DNA from: Gammaproteobacteria bacterium
GTDB lineage: Bacteria; Pseudomonadota; Gammaproteobacteria; Eutrophobiales; Eutrophobiaceae
Direction: 5' to 3'
Length of the DNA: 64,000 nt
NCBI GenBank assembly: GCA_965222155.1
Contig: CBDCTH010000012.1
Location: 1,792,001-1,856,000 of the forward strand
The notes beneath the pieces are model-generated. The model ran no database searches. It had not been told where the DNA came from and saw nothing but the letters and a program-made list of their open reading frames with translations. Each line of letters starts with the position of its first letter. The first letter of the stretch is position 1. Below are positions 19,712 through 28,949 of this stretch, piece after piece. A program made the position numbers and the translations under genes.

Positions 19712-20632
19712 ATGGCGAAAAACTCTATAAAGTTTTCAACAAAGGATGTAAACCACGCTACGGATTTCCTTTCTGTTGTAAGGCAGGCTTACCCTACCTT
19801 AAGCAAGTCTGATAAAAAGATTGCACAATTCTTATTGGAAACACCTGAGCGCTTTGCCAATGCCAGCGTCAAGGACGTTTCCAATATAGCTGGTGTCAGT
19901 GACGCAACCGTTGTCCGGTTTGGCAGAAATCTGGGCTGTGGCGGCTTTAAAGATCTGAAAATCCTGCTGGTTAAGCACTTGGCCACAAAGCAAGCACTGG
20001 CCGATGCCGGGAATGCACCGGTGGACTTGTCAACAGGGTCGTTTGTCGACCGAATCCACCGCTCTGCTTTAACCGTGCTGGAACAAGCCGCCCGTCACAT
20101 CAAACCGGATAAACTCGATGAGGCCGCACAGATTATCCATCAGGCACGGCGGGTGTTTATCTATGGCACCGGTGGCAGCTCCGGTATTTTAGCCGCCGAG
20201 TTACACAATAGATTATTTCGCCTGAATATCATGGCCACCCCGTTCACTGATAATTATTTGCAACGCATGTCAGCATCAACACTCACTGCGGCGGATGCGA
20301 TCATCATCCTCTCTTCCACCGGCCGGCCTCGTTCCTTACAGGATAGTATGGAACTGGCACAACACTACGGCGCCAAATGCGTGGCCATCACCGACGAAAG
20401 CAGTGTCTTGTCGGTGCAAGCCGATGTCTGTATTCACGTAGAACTAAGCCAGTTCGGTGTCGCACATAATCAACCCAATCCCATGCGCTTCGCACAACTC
20501 TTTGCCATTGATTGTCTTTGTTACCAGGTCGCATCATTACTTGGTGATGAGGCCGAGAAATCCCTCCAGCGAGTGCGCGCCAGCGTCGCTTCCCTGCATG
20601 GCATCGTCCCACAACAGCCTATCGGCGATTAG
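19712..20632 (+). CDS. RpiR/MurR (HexR-like) transcriptional regulator
   Basis: HTH (LSKSDKKIA...VSDATVVRF...GFKDLK) plus SIS domain (YGTGGSSG, SSTG). Confidence 0.92.
   Translation: MAKNSIKFSTKDVNHATDFLSVVRQAYPTLSKSDKKIAQFLLETPERFANASVKDVSNIAGVSDATVVRFGRNLGCGGFKDLKILLVKHLATKQALADAGNAPVDLSTGSFVDRIHRSALTVLEQAARHIKPDKLDEAAQIIHQARRVFIYGTGGSSGILAAELHNRLFRLNIMATPFTDNYLQRMSASTLTAADAIIILSSTGRPRSLQDSMELAQHYGAKCVAITDESSVLSVQADVCIHVELSQFGVAHNQPNPMRFAQLFAIDCLCYQVASLLGDEAEKSLQRVRASVASLHGIVPQQPIGD
20517..20630 (+). repeat. 114-bp direct repeat, left copy (3' end of the regulator gene)
   Basis: Matches 54954-55067 with 2 mismatches by eye. Confidence 0.92.
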
Positions 20633-20676
20633 CGCAAAGGGGTCAAGCTTAATGTAAAGACGATAACCTCTTAATC

Positions 20677-22368
20677 ATGGCGACACAGTTGGATAATATC
20701 GGCGAGTTACTGGTCAAGGACAGTAAGTTGCAGCAGGCTGACCTGGAACGGGCTCTGATAGTCAACAACAATAACGGTGTGGGCATCGGTTCTTTATTGG
20801 TGCGTCTGGGCTTGGTTTCAGATAAAGACTTGCTATCCACCTATGCCAAGCGATATGTGCTTCCTGTCTTGCAGGATGATGAATTTCCCGATGCGCCCGT
20901 GGATAACAGCGCCCTTTCAGTCAAGTTCTTAAAAGCAGTGAACGTGGTGCCCATCAGCGAGGAGGACGACCAGATTACTATTGCCATCACGGATCCAGAA
21001 GATCATTTTGCTATTCAGGCGGTAGAAATGGCCTGTGGCAAATCCGTGGTCATAAAACTGGCTACCATCACCCAAGTGGAACGTGCCTTGGACCAACTTT
21101 ATGGTGGGGGTAAATCCATGATGGAGGACATCGTCGAAGAAATTCAAACGGAAGACAACCGGGCGCAGGTCGATTCCATAGAACGCTTACGCGATCTGGC
21201 CGCGGAGGCGCCTATTATCCGCCTGGTGAACTTAATTATCAACCGTGCAGTGGCATTACGCGCATCCGATATTCATATCGAACCGTTTGAGAACCAGTTG
21301 AAGGTGCGTTATCGCATTGACGGCGTCCTGCAGGAGGGCGAGGCACCACCGGCACGCTCCACCGCGGCGGTCATCTCCCGCGTCAAGATCATGGCGAAAC
21401 TGAATATCGCCGAACGGCGTTTGCCCCAGGACGGCCGCATCCAGATACGGGCACAAGGCAAATTGATTGATCTGCGGGTCTCGACCGTGCCGACGTTATA
21501 CGGTGAGAGCCTGGTCTTGCGCATTTTAGACAAGGGACAGGTTGAATTAGCCCTGAGCGCGCTGGGTTTCGACAAAGCCGCGGCGCAACGTTTCCAGGAC
21601 ATTCTGGCGCTGCCGCACGGTATTATCCTGGTCACCGGGCCGACCGGCAGTGGCAAGACCACCACCTTGTATGCCGCCTTGCAGACGTTGAACACCTCCG
21701 AGAAGAAAATTCTCACGGTGGAAGACCCGGTGGAATATCAACTGGAAGGGATTAACCAGATCCAGGTAAAACCCCGGATCGGGTTGAATTTCGCCGGCGC
21801 GCTACGCGCCATTGTCCGACAAGATCCTGACATTATCATGATCGGTGAGATGCGTGATTTTGAAACAGCGCGCATTGCCGTGCAATCGGCCCTCACTGGT
21901 CACTTGGTTTTTTCTACATTACATACGAATGACGCCAGCAGCTCGATTACCCGTTTACTGGACATGGGCATGGAAGACTACCTGCTTACCTCCACCTTGA
22001 ACGGGATTCTGGCGCAACGCCTGGTGCGCACATTGTGTCATACCTGCCGGGAACCCTATGTACCACTTCCCGCGTTGCTCGATGAATTGCAACTGAAGTG
22101 CTACGGCGGTGGCGAAGTGACATTATATAAGGCGATCGGCTGCGAGACCTGCGCCAACACCGGTTATCACGGTCGTACCGTGATCAGCGAATTACTTATC
22201 CTGTCCGACTCCATACGTCAATTGATCCTCTCTCACGCGGACGGTAATAAAATCCAGGATGCAGCGATTAATGCAGGTATGGACAGCATGAAAATTGACG
22301 GGTTGAAAAAAGCGCTGCAAGGGGTTACCACGATTGAAGAGGTCTCCCGGGTGACACAAGTACAGTAA
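20677..22368 (+). CDS. gspE: T2SS ATPase
   Basis: ASDIHIEP, GPTGSGKTT, EDPVEY, RQDPDIIMIGE, LHTND and Cys4 motifs. Confidence 0.95.
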   Translation: MATQLDNIGELLVKDSKLQQADLERALIVNNNNGVGIGSLLVRLGLVSDKDLLSTYAKRYVLPVLQDDEFPDAPVDNSALSVKFLKAVNVVPISEEDDQITIAITDPEDHFAIQAVEMACGKSVVIKLATITQVERALDQLYGGGKSMMEDIVEEIQTEDNRAQVDSIERLRDLAAEAPIIRLVNLIINRAVALRASDIHIEPFENQLKVRYRIDGVLQEGEAPPARSTAAVISRVKIMAKLNIAERRLPQDGRIQIRAQGKLIDLRVSTVPTLYGESLVLRILDKGQVELALSALGFDKAAAQRFQDILALPHGIILVTGPTGSGKTTTLYAALQTLNTSEKKILTVEDPVEYQLEGINQIQVKPRIGLNFAGALRAIVRQDPDIIMIGEMRDFETARIAVQSALTGHLVFSTLHTNDASSSITRLLDMGMEDYLLTSTLNGILAQRLVRTLCHTCREPYVPLPALLDELQLKCYGGGEVTLYKAIGCETCANTGYHGRTVISELLILSDSIRQLILSHADGNKIQDAAINAGMDSMKIDGLKKALQGVTTIEEVSRVTQVQ

Positions 22369-22372
22369 TAAG

Positions 22373-23599
22373 ATGCCCACATTCAGGTACAAAGCGGTGT
22401 CAGCCAAGGGAGGGGACATCCGGCAGGGGGTGATTGAGGCTCCTTCCAGGGACGTGGCTATTGCCAATTTGCAAAGTGCGGGGCACCTGCCCATCAGCGC
22501 CGATGAGATTGGCGCCGGGCGTTCGTTTGACTTCATTCGCTTCCCGGTATGGCGGCAACGGGATAAGGTAACCCAAAAAGACGTGGTGCTCATTACCCGG
22601 GAACTGGCTACGCTGGTACAGGCCGGGCTGTCTCTGGAGCAGGCGCTACGGACTATAAGTCAGCTCAACCTGGCTGCGCCCGTACGACGGTTATTACATA
22701 ATTTATTGGAAAACATACAGGGCGGCATCAGCTTATCCGCTGCCATGGCAGAGCAGGCTGGCGTATTCAGCAATTTGTATATCAACATGGTCAGGGCCGG
22801 TGAGGCCAGCGGTGCCTTGGATGTCGTGATCAGTCGCTTGGCTGACTACCTGGAACGCATGTCGGAACTACGTGCCCACGTGATTACTGCCATGATCTAT
22901 CCCGCCATCCTGCTCGGGTTCTCTATTTTATCGTTACTTGTCTTGATGATGTTTGTGGTACCTGAATTTGTGCCCCTGTTTGAAGACGCAGGGCAAACCT
23001 TACCCTGGTTAACACAAGTGGTGTTTACGCTCTCCTCGCTGTTTCAGCAGTACTGGTGGGGCCTGTTGGTCCTGTTGACTGCTGCGGTGTGGTTTATGAA
23101 CAAACACCTGTCAGAGCCTGCTTATCGTCTGCGCTTTGACTCCTGGTGTTTACGTCTGCCCTATATCGGTGATGTCATTAAACAAATGGAAATGGCTCGA
23201 TTTTCACGTACCTTGAGTACGGCGCTGGGTAACGGTGTACCCTTGCTGACCGGTATCAGACTAGTTAAGGAGGTAATCGCTAATCAGCGGATTGCCAACG
23301 TCATGGAAACCGTGTTGATCAACCTTGAGCAAGGTCAATCCATGGCAAAGCCTATGAAAGATTCCCGTGTTTGTCCTGAGCTGGCGACTCAATTAATTGG
23401 GATTGGTGAGGCGAGCGGCCAGCTGGAAGCCATGCTGACGAAAATCGCGGATATCTATGATAAAGAGGTACAAGCCAGCATAAAGCGCCTGCTGACCATC
23501 CTGGAACCGGTAATGATTCTGGGTTTGGGTGCACTGATAGCGTTTATCATTGTTTCGGTCCTGCTGGCTGTTTTCAGTTTGAATGTACTTGTGGTTTAA
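22373..23599 (+). CDS. gspF: T2SS inner-membrane platform protein
   Basis: RELATL..AG, GEASGAL, AMIYP and GEASGQL motifs. Confidence 0.95.
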   Translation: MPTFRYKAVSAKGGDIRQGVIEAPSRDVAIANLQSAGHLPISADEIGAGRSFDFIRFPVWRQRDKVTQKDVVLITRELATLVQAGLSLEQALRTISQLNLAAPVRRLLHNLLENIQGGISLSAAMAEQAGVFSNLYINMVRAGEASGALDVVISRLADYLERMSELRAHVITAMIYPAILLGFSILSLLVLMMFVVPEFVPLFEDAGQTLPWLTQVVFTLSSLFQQYWWGLLVLLTAAVWFMNKHLSEPAYRLRFDSWCLRLPYIGDVIKQMEMARFSRTLSTALGNGVPLLTGIRLVKEVIANQRIANVMETVLINLEQGQSMAKPMKDSRVCPELATQLIGIGEASGQLEAMLTKIADIYDKEVQASIKRLLTILEPVMILGLGALIAFIIVSVLLAVFSLNVLVV

Positions 23600-23629
23600 T
23601 ACGTATCCGTCCTCAGTGGTTAAAAAACA

Positions 23630-24124
23630 ATGGGCAAGAGATGGCGTAAGACGAATGACTGCCTGATGAAAGACAACGTAAATTTTGGGCAATCAAGGCA
23701 TTTGCATACGCTTATTAAGCAAACAGGTTTCAGTCTCATTGAGTTGTTGGTTGTGTTAACCATTATTGCCTTACTCGGCGCCGTGGTGGGGCCGCAGGTA
23801 ATGAAACACCTGGGCAAAGCCAAAGCGGACACCACCAGGATGCAGGTTGAAGACCTCGGAGCGGCCCTGGATTTGTATTACCTGGACAATGGTCGCTACC
23901 CTGATTCCCGGGACGGGCTGGTCGCCTTGATTAATGCGCCTGCCGATGCGAGCCACTGGAACGGACCTTACCTGAAGAAGAAAAAAATCCCGCCCGACGC
24001 CTGGGGTAATGATTATCACTATGCCTCACCCGGGCAAAATGGGCCTTATGATTTGTATTCCTACGGGGCTGATAACGTTGCCGATGGCGAAGGCGAGGAT
24101 AGGGATATCGTCAGTTGGGAGTAA
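23630..24124 (+). CDS. gspG: T2SS major pseudopilin
   Basis: GFSLIELLVV prepilin site, LDLYYLDNGRYP, WNGPYL and DAWG. Start may be ATG 23666. Confidence 0.95.
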   Translation: MGKRWRKTNDCLMKDNVNFGQSRHLHTLIKQTGFSLIELLVVLTIIALLGAVVGPQVMKHLGKAKADTTRMQVEDLGAALDLYYLDNGRYPDSRDGLVALINAPADASHWNGPYLKKKKIPPDAWGNDYHYASPGQNGPYDLYSYGADNVADGEGEDRDIVSWE

Positions 24125-24135
24125 GTTAATCGGCA

Positions 24136-24615
24136 ATGAAATACCGTGCCAGACATCATTCCTCTGTGTCCTTCGTAGTTGAAAACGGTGTTACCTTGAT
24201 TGAGCTGCTGGTTGTATTGGGTATTTTGGCGCTGTTATTGGTCGTCGTCCCACCTTTACTGCCTCACGTGATTGAAAATACTCAGGTAAGAAGTGCAAAA
24301 CGTGAGCTGATTTCCGTACTGCGTTTTGCCCGGAGCCGGGCCGTCAGTTCACAACAGGCTGTGACACTTACTATCAACGTGCAGGAGGGAACGGTGGCGG
24401 TTGCCGGCAAACAGCGTGATTTATCGCTACCGGACGAGGTCAAACTCACCCTGGTCACGGCACAGCAGGAACAATTGTCAGCACATGAAGGGATGATTCG
24501 GTTTTACCCGGACGGCAGTTCAACCGGGGGGCAAGTGCGCTTCAGCCGGGGTGGGCAGATTTCTTCTATCGATGTGAACTGGTTGACCGGGCGGGTCAGC
24601 AGTACCGGGCAGTAA
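24136..24615 (+). CDS. gspH: T2SS minor pseudopilin
   Basis: GVTLIELLVV; IRFYPDGSSTGG. Confidence 0.9.
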   Translation: MKYRARHHSSVSFVVENGVTLIELLVVLGILALLLVVVPPLLPHVIENTQVRSAKRELISVLRFARSRAVSSQQAVTLTINVQEGTVAVAGKQRDLSLPDEVKLTLVTAQQEQLSAHEGMIRFYPDGSSTGGQVRFSRGGQISSIDVNWLTGRVSSTGQ

Positions 24616-24616
24616 C

Positions 24617-25009
24617 ATGGTTCGTTCCTTGCGCGGTTTTTCCTTAATTGAAGTGCTGGTGGCGTTCTCTGTCACCGCCGTATCGTTAGGGATTGTCTTT
24701 CAAATCTATGCCAAAGGCGCTACCGCAACCGTCCTTGCCGGGGAGTATGCCCAGGCCCTGGCCATAGCTGAATCGAAGCTGGCCGGTGTTGCTGTCTTTC
24801 GAGCGATTGACGGTCTTGAGATACAAGGTAGAGAACTTAAAAAATATGACTGGGAAATCCGGGTTCAGGACTACACGAATGATGAGCAAGATGAAGATTT
24901 GTCGCCATTGTATACTCTGATGTCCGTTGAAGTAAACGTGAGTTGGCGAAGTAGGGGCAAATTACACCGGGTGGAGTTGCAAACGTTGAAACCGGTCATC
25001 AGTCGATGA
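24617..25009 (+). CDS. gspI: T2SS minor pseudopilin
   Basis: RGFSLIEVLVAF; operon position. Confidence 0.88.
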   Translation: MVRSLRGFSLIEVLVAFSVTAVSLGIVFQIYAKGATATVLAGEYAQALAIAESKLAGVAVFRAIDGLEIQGRELKKYDWEIRVQDYTNDEQDEDLSPLYTLMSVEVNVSWRSRGKLHRVELQTLKPVISR

Positions 25010-25665
25010 TGCACAAACAAACAGGTTTTACTTTACTGGAACTACTGGTTGGGACCGTATTATTCGGTTTCATATTAATTATGCTTTACAGCAGCCTGTT
25101 CTCAACCGGCCACCATTGGCGAGTGAGTGCAATTCATGCGCGTCAAAATGATGATAAACGTTTAATCCTGTCATTAATACGCCGGCTGATTAAGCAGACT
25201 TCACCGATGATTCAGCGAGACTCGGAAGGAAGCCGTCTGCTGTTCCAGGGAGATGATTCCTCTTTGATATTTGTGACGCATCTACCGGCGCACCATGCCG
25301 GGAGCGGGATATACTTCCTGAAATTTGAGGTACAGGATGATGAACTGTTACTCAAATACACGGCGTTGACAAGAGACAAGGCCATGTTCGAAGAGGACAT
25401 CTTTGTTGAGGCAGAAACTATCAACCTGTTAACGCATATTGAAGGGATTAACCTGTATTATTTCGGCCAGGATGCCGCGGACACTGAACCGACCTGGCAT
25501 GATGAGTGGAACAATAAAGTACAGTTACCTGAATTGGTACGCTTTCAGGTGATCACGGATCCTGGTAATCCATGGCCGGAATTATTGATTGCACTACGGT
25601 CTCAGGCAGTCCGGGGGCAACCGCAATTGACCCTGCCAAGAGAAGAAAGAGATGTCGAGAGTTAA
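25006..25665 (+). CDS. gspJ: T2SS minor pseudopilin
   Basis: GFTLLELL; W..EW....LPELVR. Confidence 0.88.
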   Translation: MMHKQTGFTLLELLVGTVLFGFILIMLYSSLFSTGHHWRVSAIHARQNDDKRLILSLIRRLIKQTSPMIQRDSEGSRLLFQGDDSSLIFVTHLPAHHAGSGIYFLKFEVQDDELLLKYTALTRDKAMFEEDIFVEAETINLLTHIEGINLYYFGQDAADTEPTWHDEWNNKVQLPELVRFQVITDPGNPWPELLIALRSQAVRGQPQLTLPREERDVES

Positions 25666-26566
25666 GTCCGAACAGACCGGCATGGCGTTGGTGCTGGTGC
25701 TCTGGCTGCTGACGTTACTGACTATCCTGGCCGCTGGCTACAGTCATTCCATGCGCACCGAGACACAACTGACCATCCATGGGGTTGAATTGGCCAAGGC
25801 TCGTGCCATTGCCGAAGCCGGATTATGGCTGGCCGTGGCTGATTTGTTTAAACCGCAGTTACAGAGACAGTGGTTGACCGACGGTACGCTTTATCAACTT
25901 GACTTTAGTGAAAGCCAAATCCACCTGCGCATACAGGATGAAGCCGGAAGAATTGACCTGAATACGGCTGGTCATGCGCTCCTGCTCGGCCTGCTGGAGA
26001 AAGCCACACAGCCTGGTGATGACGTGGCCTTTATATTTAACGCTATCCTGGATTGGCGCGACCCGGATAAGCTACGGCGCGACCCGGGCGCCGAGGACAG
26101 TGACTATGAACACGTCGGTTATGGCGCCAAAGATGCGCTGTTCAACAGTATTGAGGAGTTAAGGCTGGTCGCCGGCATGACTAATGAGGTATATACAAAC
26201 ATCTACCCTGCTTTGACGATTCATTCATTGCAACCGGGAATCCATGCCATGGTGGCGCCCCGGGAAGTCTTGCTGGCCCTGCCCGGCAGTGACGTTGAAC
26301 TGGTTGATGCCTTTGTGCTTGCGCGCCGGAATACAGATGAAGTTGCGGCCCCGCCAGCGGGCATGGATAGACGTTATTTCAGTGGAGTCGGAGGGGTCAC
26401 TTTTACCATCACCAGTGAAGGGATGGCAGGCCGCAGCAAATTGAAACTGGACATGGTCATTACACTGAATAAGAACGCGAGGCCGCCCTATTCGGTGCTG
26501 TCATGGCGGGAGTCCAAACCGGCATACAACCCCCGGCAATCACAATCCGTCCGCGTCAACCGTTGA
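25652..26566 (+). CDS. gspK: T2SS minor pseudopilin
   Basis: GMALVLVLW, DEAGRIDLN, ILDWRD and F.SIEELRLV.G motifs. Confidence 0.92.
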   Translation: MSRVKSEQTGMALVLVLWLLTLLTILAAGYSHSMRTETQLTIHGVELAKARAIAEAGLWLAVADLFKPQLQRQWLTDGTLYQLDFSESQIHLRIQDEAGRIDLNTAGHALLLGLLEKATQPGDDVAFIFNAILDWRDPDKLRRDPGAEDSDYEHVGYGAKDALFNSIEELRLVAGMTNEVYTNIYPALTIHSLQPGIHAMVAPREVLLALPGSDVELVDAFVLARRNTDEVAAPPAGMDRRYFSGVGGVTFTITSEGMAGRSKLKLDMVITLNKNARPPYSVLSWRESKPAYNPRQSQSVRVNR

Positions 26567-26577
26567 GTCCTTATCCA

Positions 26578-27651
26578 ATGACCGTCAAACAGCAGATCAA
26601 AGAGTTTTCAGCGTGGTGGTTGCAAGGCTTGTTGCTGCTGTTGCCCGAACGCTGGTTGGCCCGGTTGCATCATCATCCCGATACTGTGACAGTTGAACAA
26701 TGGGATAATACGTTTATCTTCAAGCACTACGACGGCCATGCCCGACAGTTGCGTGAAGAACGTACGATTTCCCTGGATGACGAACCGGAGCAGGCAGCCA
26801 TCAACCGTTGGCTTAACCAACAGGAAAACCCGCTCCATCTCATCCTGTTGTTGCCGCCGGATAAATGTTTGCAAAAACCACTCATTTATCCCTTGTCCTC
26901 CGAAAAGGAGTTGCGCGCTATTCTAGAATTTGAGATGGACAAACAAACGCCGTTTACCAATGAAAAAGTCTGTTTTGATTATACCATCACTCAAAGAGAT
27001 ACTACCAACAACCGACTCCGCATCATCCTGTACGTGGTCTTAACAGAAGTGTTACAAAAACTCTTGGGCGCATTGAATTTCCTGGATTTCAAACCGGCAA
27101 GAGCGACTGTTGGCCAGGACGGGATGGTGACGTGCATCAATTTCATGCCGGCGCCTGACAGCAGGGTGAACGGTGCACCCGACCGACGGCGATTGACGCG
27201 CCTGGCGTGGATCATGTTTATCCTGTTTATGGTGTCGCTTTATGTGCCGTTACTCCGGCATGCTGATATAATCGAACAATTTGAGGAACAGGTGGAACAA
27301 AGCAAAGCGCAGGTTATGCAGGCCCGGATACTCAGCAACAAAAAGCAAACCATCCTGGCGCGGGTAGACTTCTTATCCTATCAAAGTCAACGCCATACTC
27401 CCACTATCCGGCTGCTCCAAGAGATTACTAAGCGCCTTCCGGACAACACCTGGATTCACCGGCTGGTCATCCGTGACGGTGAACTGCAGGTGCATGGTGA
27501 ATCGGATGTGGCCGCGTCAGTCATTCAACTTATGGAAGAATCGAACCACTTTGAACAGGTACAGTTTCGCTCACCGGTCACAAAAAATAATGCGACTGGT
27601 AAAGATCAGTTTCACCTTGCCACCAAGCTTAGCCTTGAGGAAAAGAAATGA
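26578..27651 (+). CDS. gspL: T2SS protein L (XpsL/PilN-domain type)
   Basis: WWLQGL...LP, FEMDKQTPF, one TM segment, LPDNTW; start taken as ATG 26578. Confidence 0.82.
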   Translation: MTVKQQIKEFSAWWLQGLLLLLPERWLARLHHHPDTVTVEQWDNTFIFKHYDGHARQLREERTISLDDEPEQAAINRWLNQQENPLHLILLLPPDKCLQKPLIYPLSSEKELRAILEFEMDKQTPFTNEKVCFDYTITQRDTTNNRLRIILYVVLTEVLQKLLGALNFLDFKPARATVGQDGMVTCINFMPAPDSRVNGAPDRRRLTRLAWIMFILFMVSLYVPLLRHADIIEQFEEQVEQSKAQVMQARILSNKKQTILARVDFLSYQSQRHTPTIRLLQEITKRLPDNTWIHRLVIRDGELQVHGESDVAASVIQLMEESNHFEQVQFRSPVTKNNATGKDQFHLATKLSLEEKK

Positions 27652-28226
27652 CCCTGACCCCATGGCAACACGCAACGCTTTCCGTCGGTCTCACGCTGGT
27701 AGTAACAGGACTGCTCTTTTTTATCCTGGTATCGCCGGCATTATCGGGGCGGGCAGCATATCAGGAACGCCTGGAAGCATTGCAGTTTCAACTGCAAAAC
27801 TTCAGTATGGCCGTCGAACAAACGTCCATCCTGGAAACAGAACTGGCCGCGCTGGCCAGTCGTGAAATCAACCAAGCCAACTTCTTGGAGCAAAAATCCC
27901 GCGCTCTTGCCGCGGCGGATTTACAACGCTTGTTGGACTTATTAATAGAAGAAACCGGGGGTATCTTAATCAGCACACAAGTGCTGCCAGACACCGGCAA
28001 TAACAGTATTTTTCCGGAAATAACCGTGAGCGTACACCTGCGGGGCGCCACCACATCATTACAAAAATTACTGTACAGGCTCGATTCAGGGCAGCCCCTG
28101 TTATTCATGGACAACCTGCTCATCCAGAAACGACGGCGGGAGGATGAGCGTGGCCGGCGCGCTGCCCACCAACTGAACATCCGTTTTGACGTGACCGCGT
28201 TCATCTATCGACCCGAAGCCTCATGA
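27648..28226 (+). CDS. gspM: T2SS protein M
   Basis: N-terminal TM, coiled coil, AAADLQ, LYRLDSGQPLLF. Confidence 0.82.
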   Translation: MTLTPWQHATLSVGLTLVVTGLLFFILVSPALSGRAAYQERLEALQFQLQNFSMAVEQTSILETELAALASREINQANFLEQKSRALAAADLQRLLDLLIEETGGILISTQVLPDTGNNSIFPEITVSVHLRGATTSLQKLLYRLDSGQPLLFMDNLLIQKRRREDERGRRAAHQLNIRFDVTAFIYRPEAS

Positions 28227-28849
28227 GCAACCTTAACCCATGGGCATTACGTTTCTTCCAAGGCATCCTGATTGCCTTGTGCGGGATATTTTCCGGTTAT
28301 ACTCTCTATGAGCTGGTCCGCCCCTATCCACTGTCTTCTTCGGCGCTGTCGATTGAACCGGATAAACAAACCGTGGTCAAAACACAAACTGTGACCAACA
28401 GCCCCGTCGCACCACTGGAGACATTTTCAGAGATTATTGAACGGCCGTTGTTCATGGAAAACCGGCGTCCCTTTGTGCCGCCTGTCTCGACAGGGTCAAA
28501 AGAATCGAAAAGACCACGCCAGGCTGAGCCGGATATCTCAACGCAGATTTCATTGTCCGCGATTGTGATCGCGGACGAAAAAGGCATAGCATTAATAGAG
28601 AACAAGAGGGACAGGAAGCTACAAAAACTCCAGCTGGGAGAGACCTACAACGGCTGGACCTTGTCCGACATTCAAGCCAACCATATTGCCATGCAAAAAG
28701 GACCGGAAACCAGACAGATAAAGCTTGTCGTGAAACCATCCCGGCCCGGCTCGCGGGCACAGCAGGAGACGAAGCCTGCGGATGCCGAAAAGCAATTCAG
28801 GATAGCCTCGCCGGAAAATGTAGCGGAAAATGGTGATGATGACGAGTAA
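28223..28849 (+). CDS. T2SS protein N/C-like (XpsN type)
   Basis: N-terminal TM, ERPLF...RRP, G....GWTL; located between M and D. Confidence 0.7.
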   Translation: MSNLNPWALRFFQGILIALCGIFSGYTLYELVRPYPLSSSALSIEPDKQTVVKTQTVTNSPVAPLETFSEIIERPLFMENRRPFVPPVSTGSKESKRPRQAEPDISTQISLSAIVIADEKGIALIENKRDRKLQKLQLGETYNGWTLSDIQANHIAMQKGPETRQIKLVVKPSRPGSRAQQETKPADAEKQFRIASPENVAENGDDDE

Positions 28850-28949
28850 TCCAGACATATTCAGTGTTGTTAGTAATTTTCTTTGTTTATACCCGAATGC
28901 TTATATATACTGAATTGACGAAGACAATCAGAATGACGATGGACTTTGT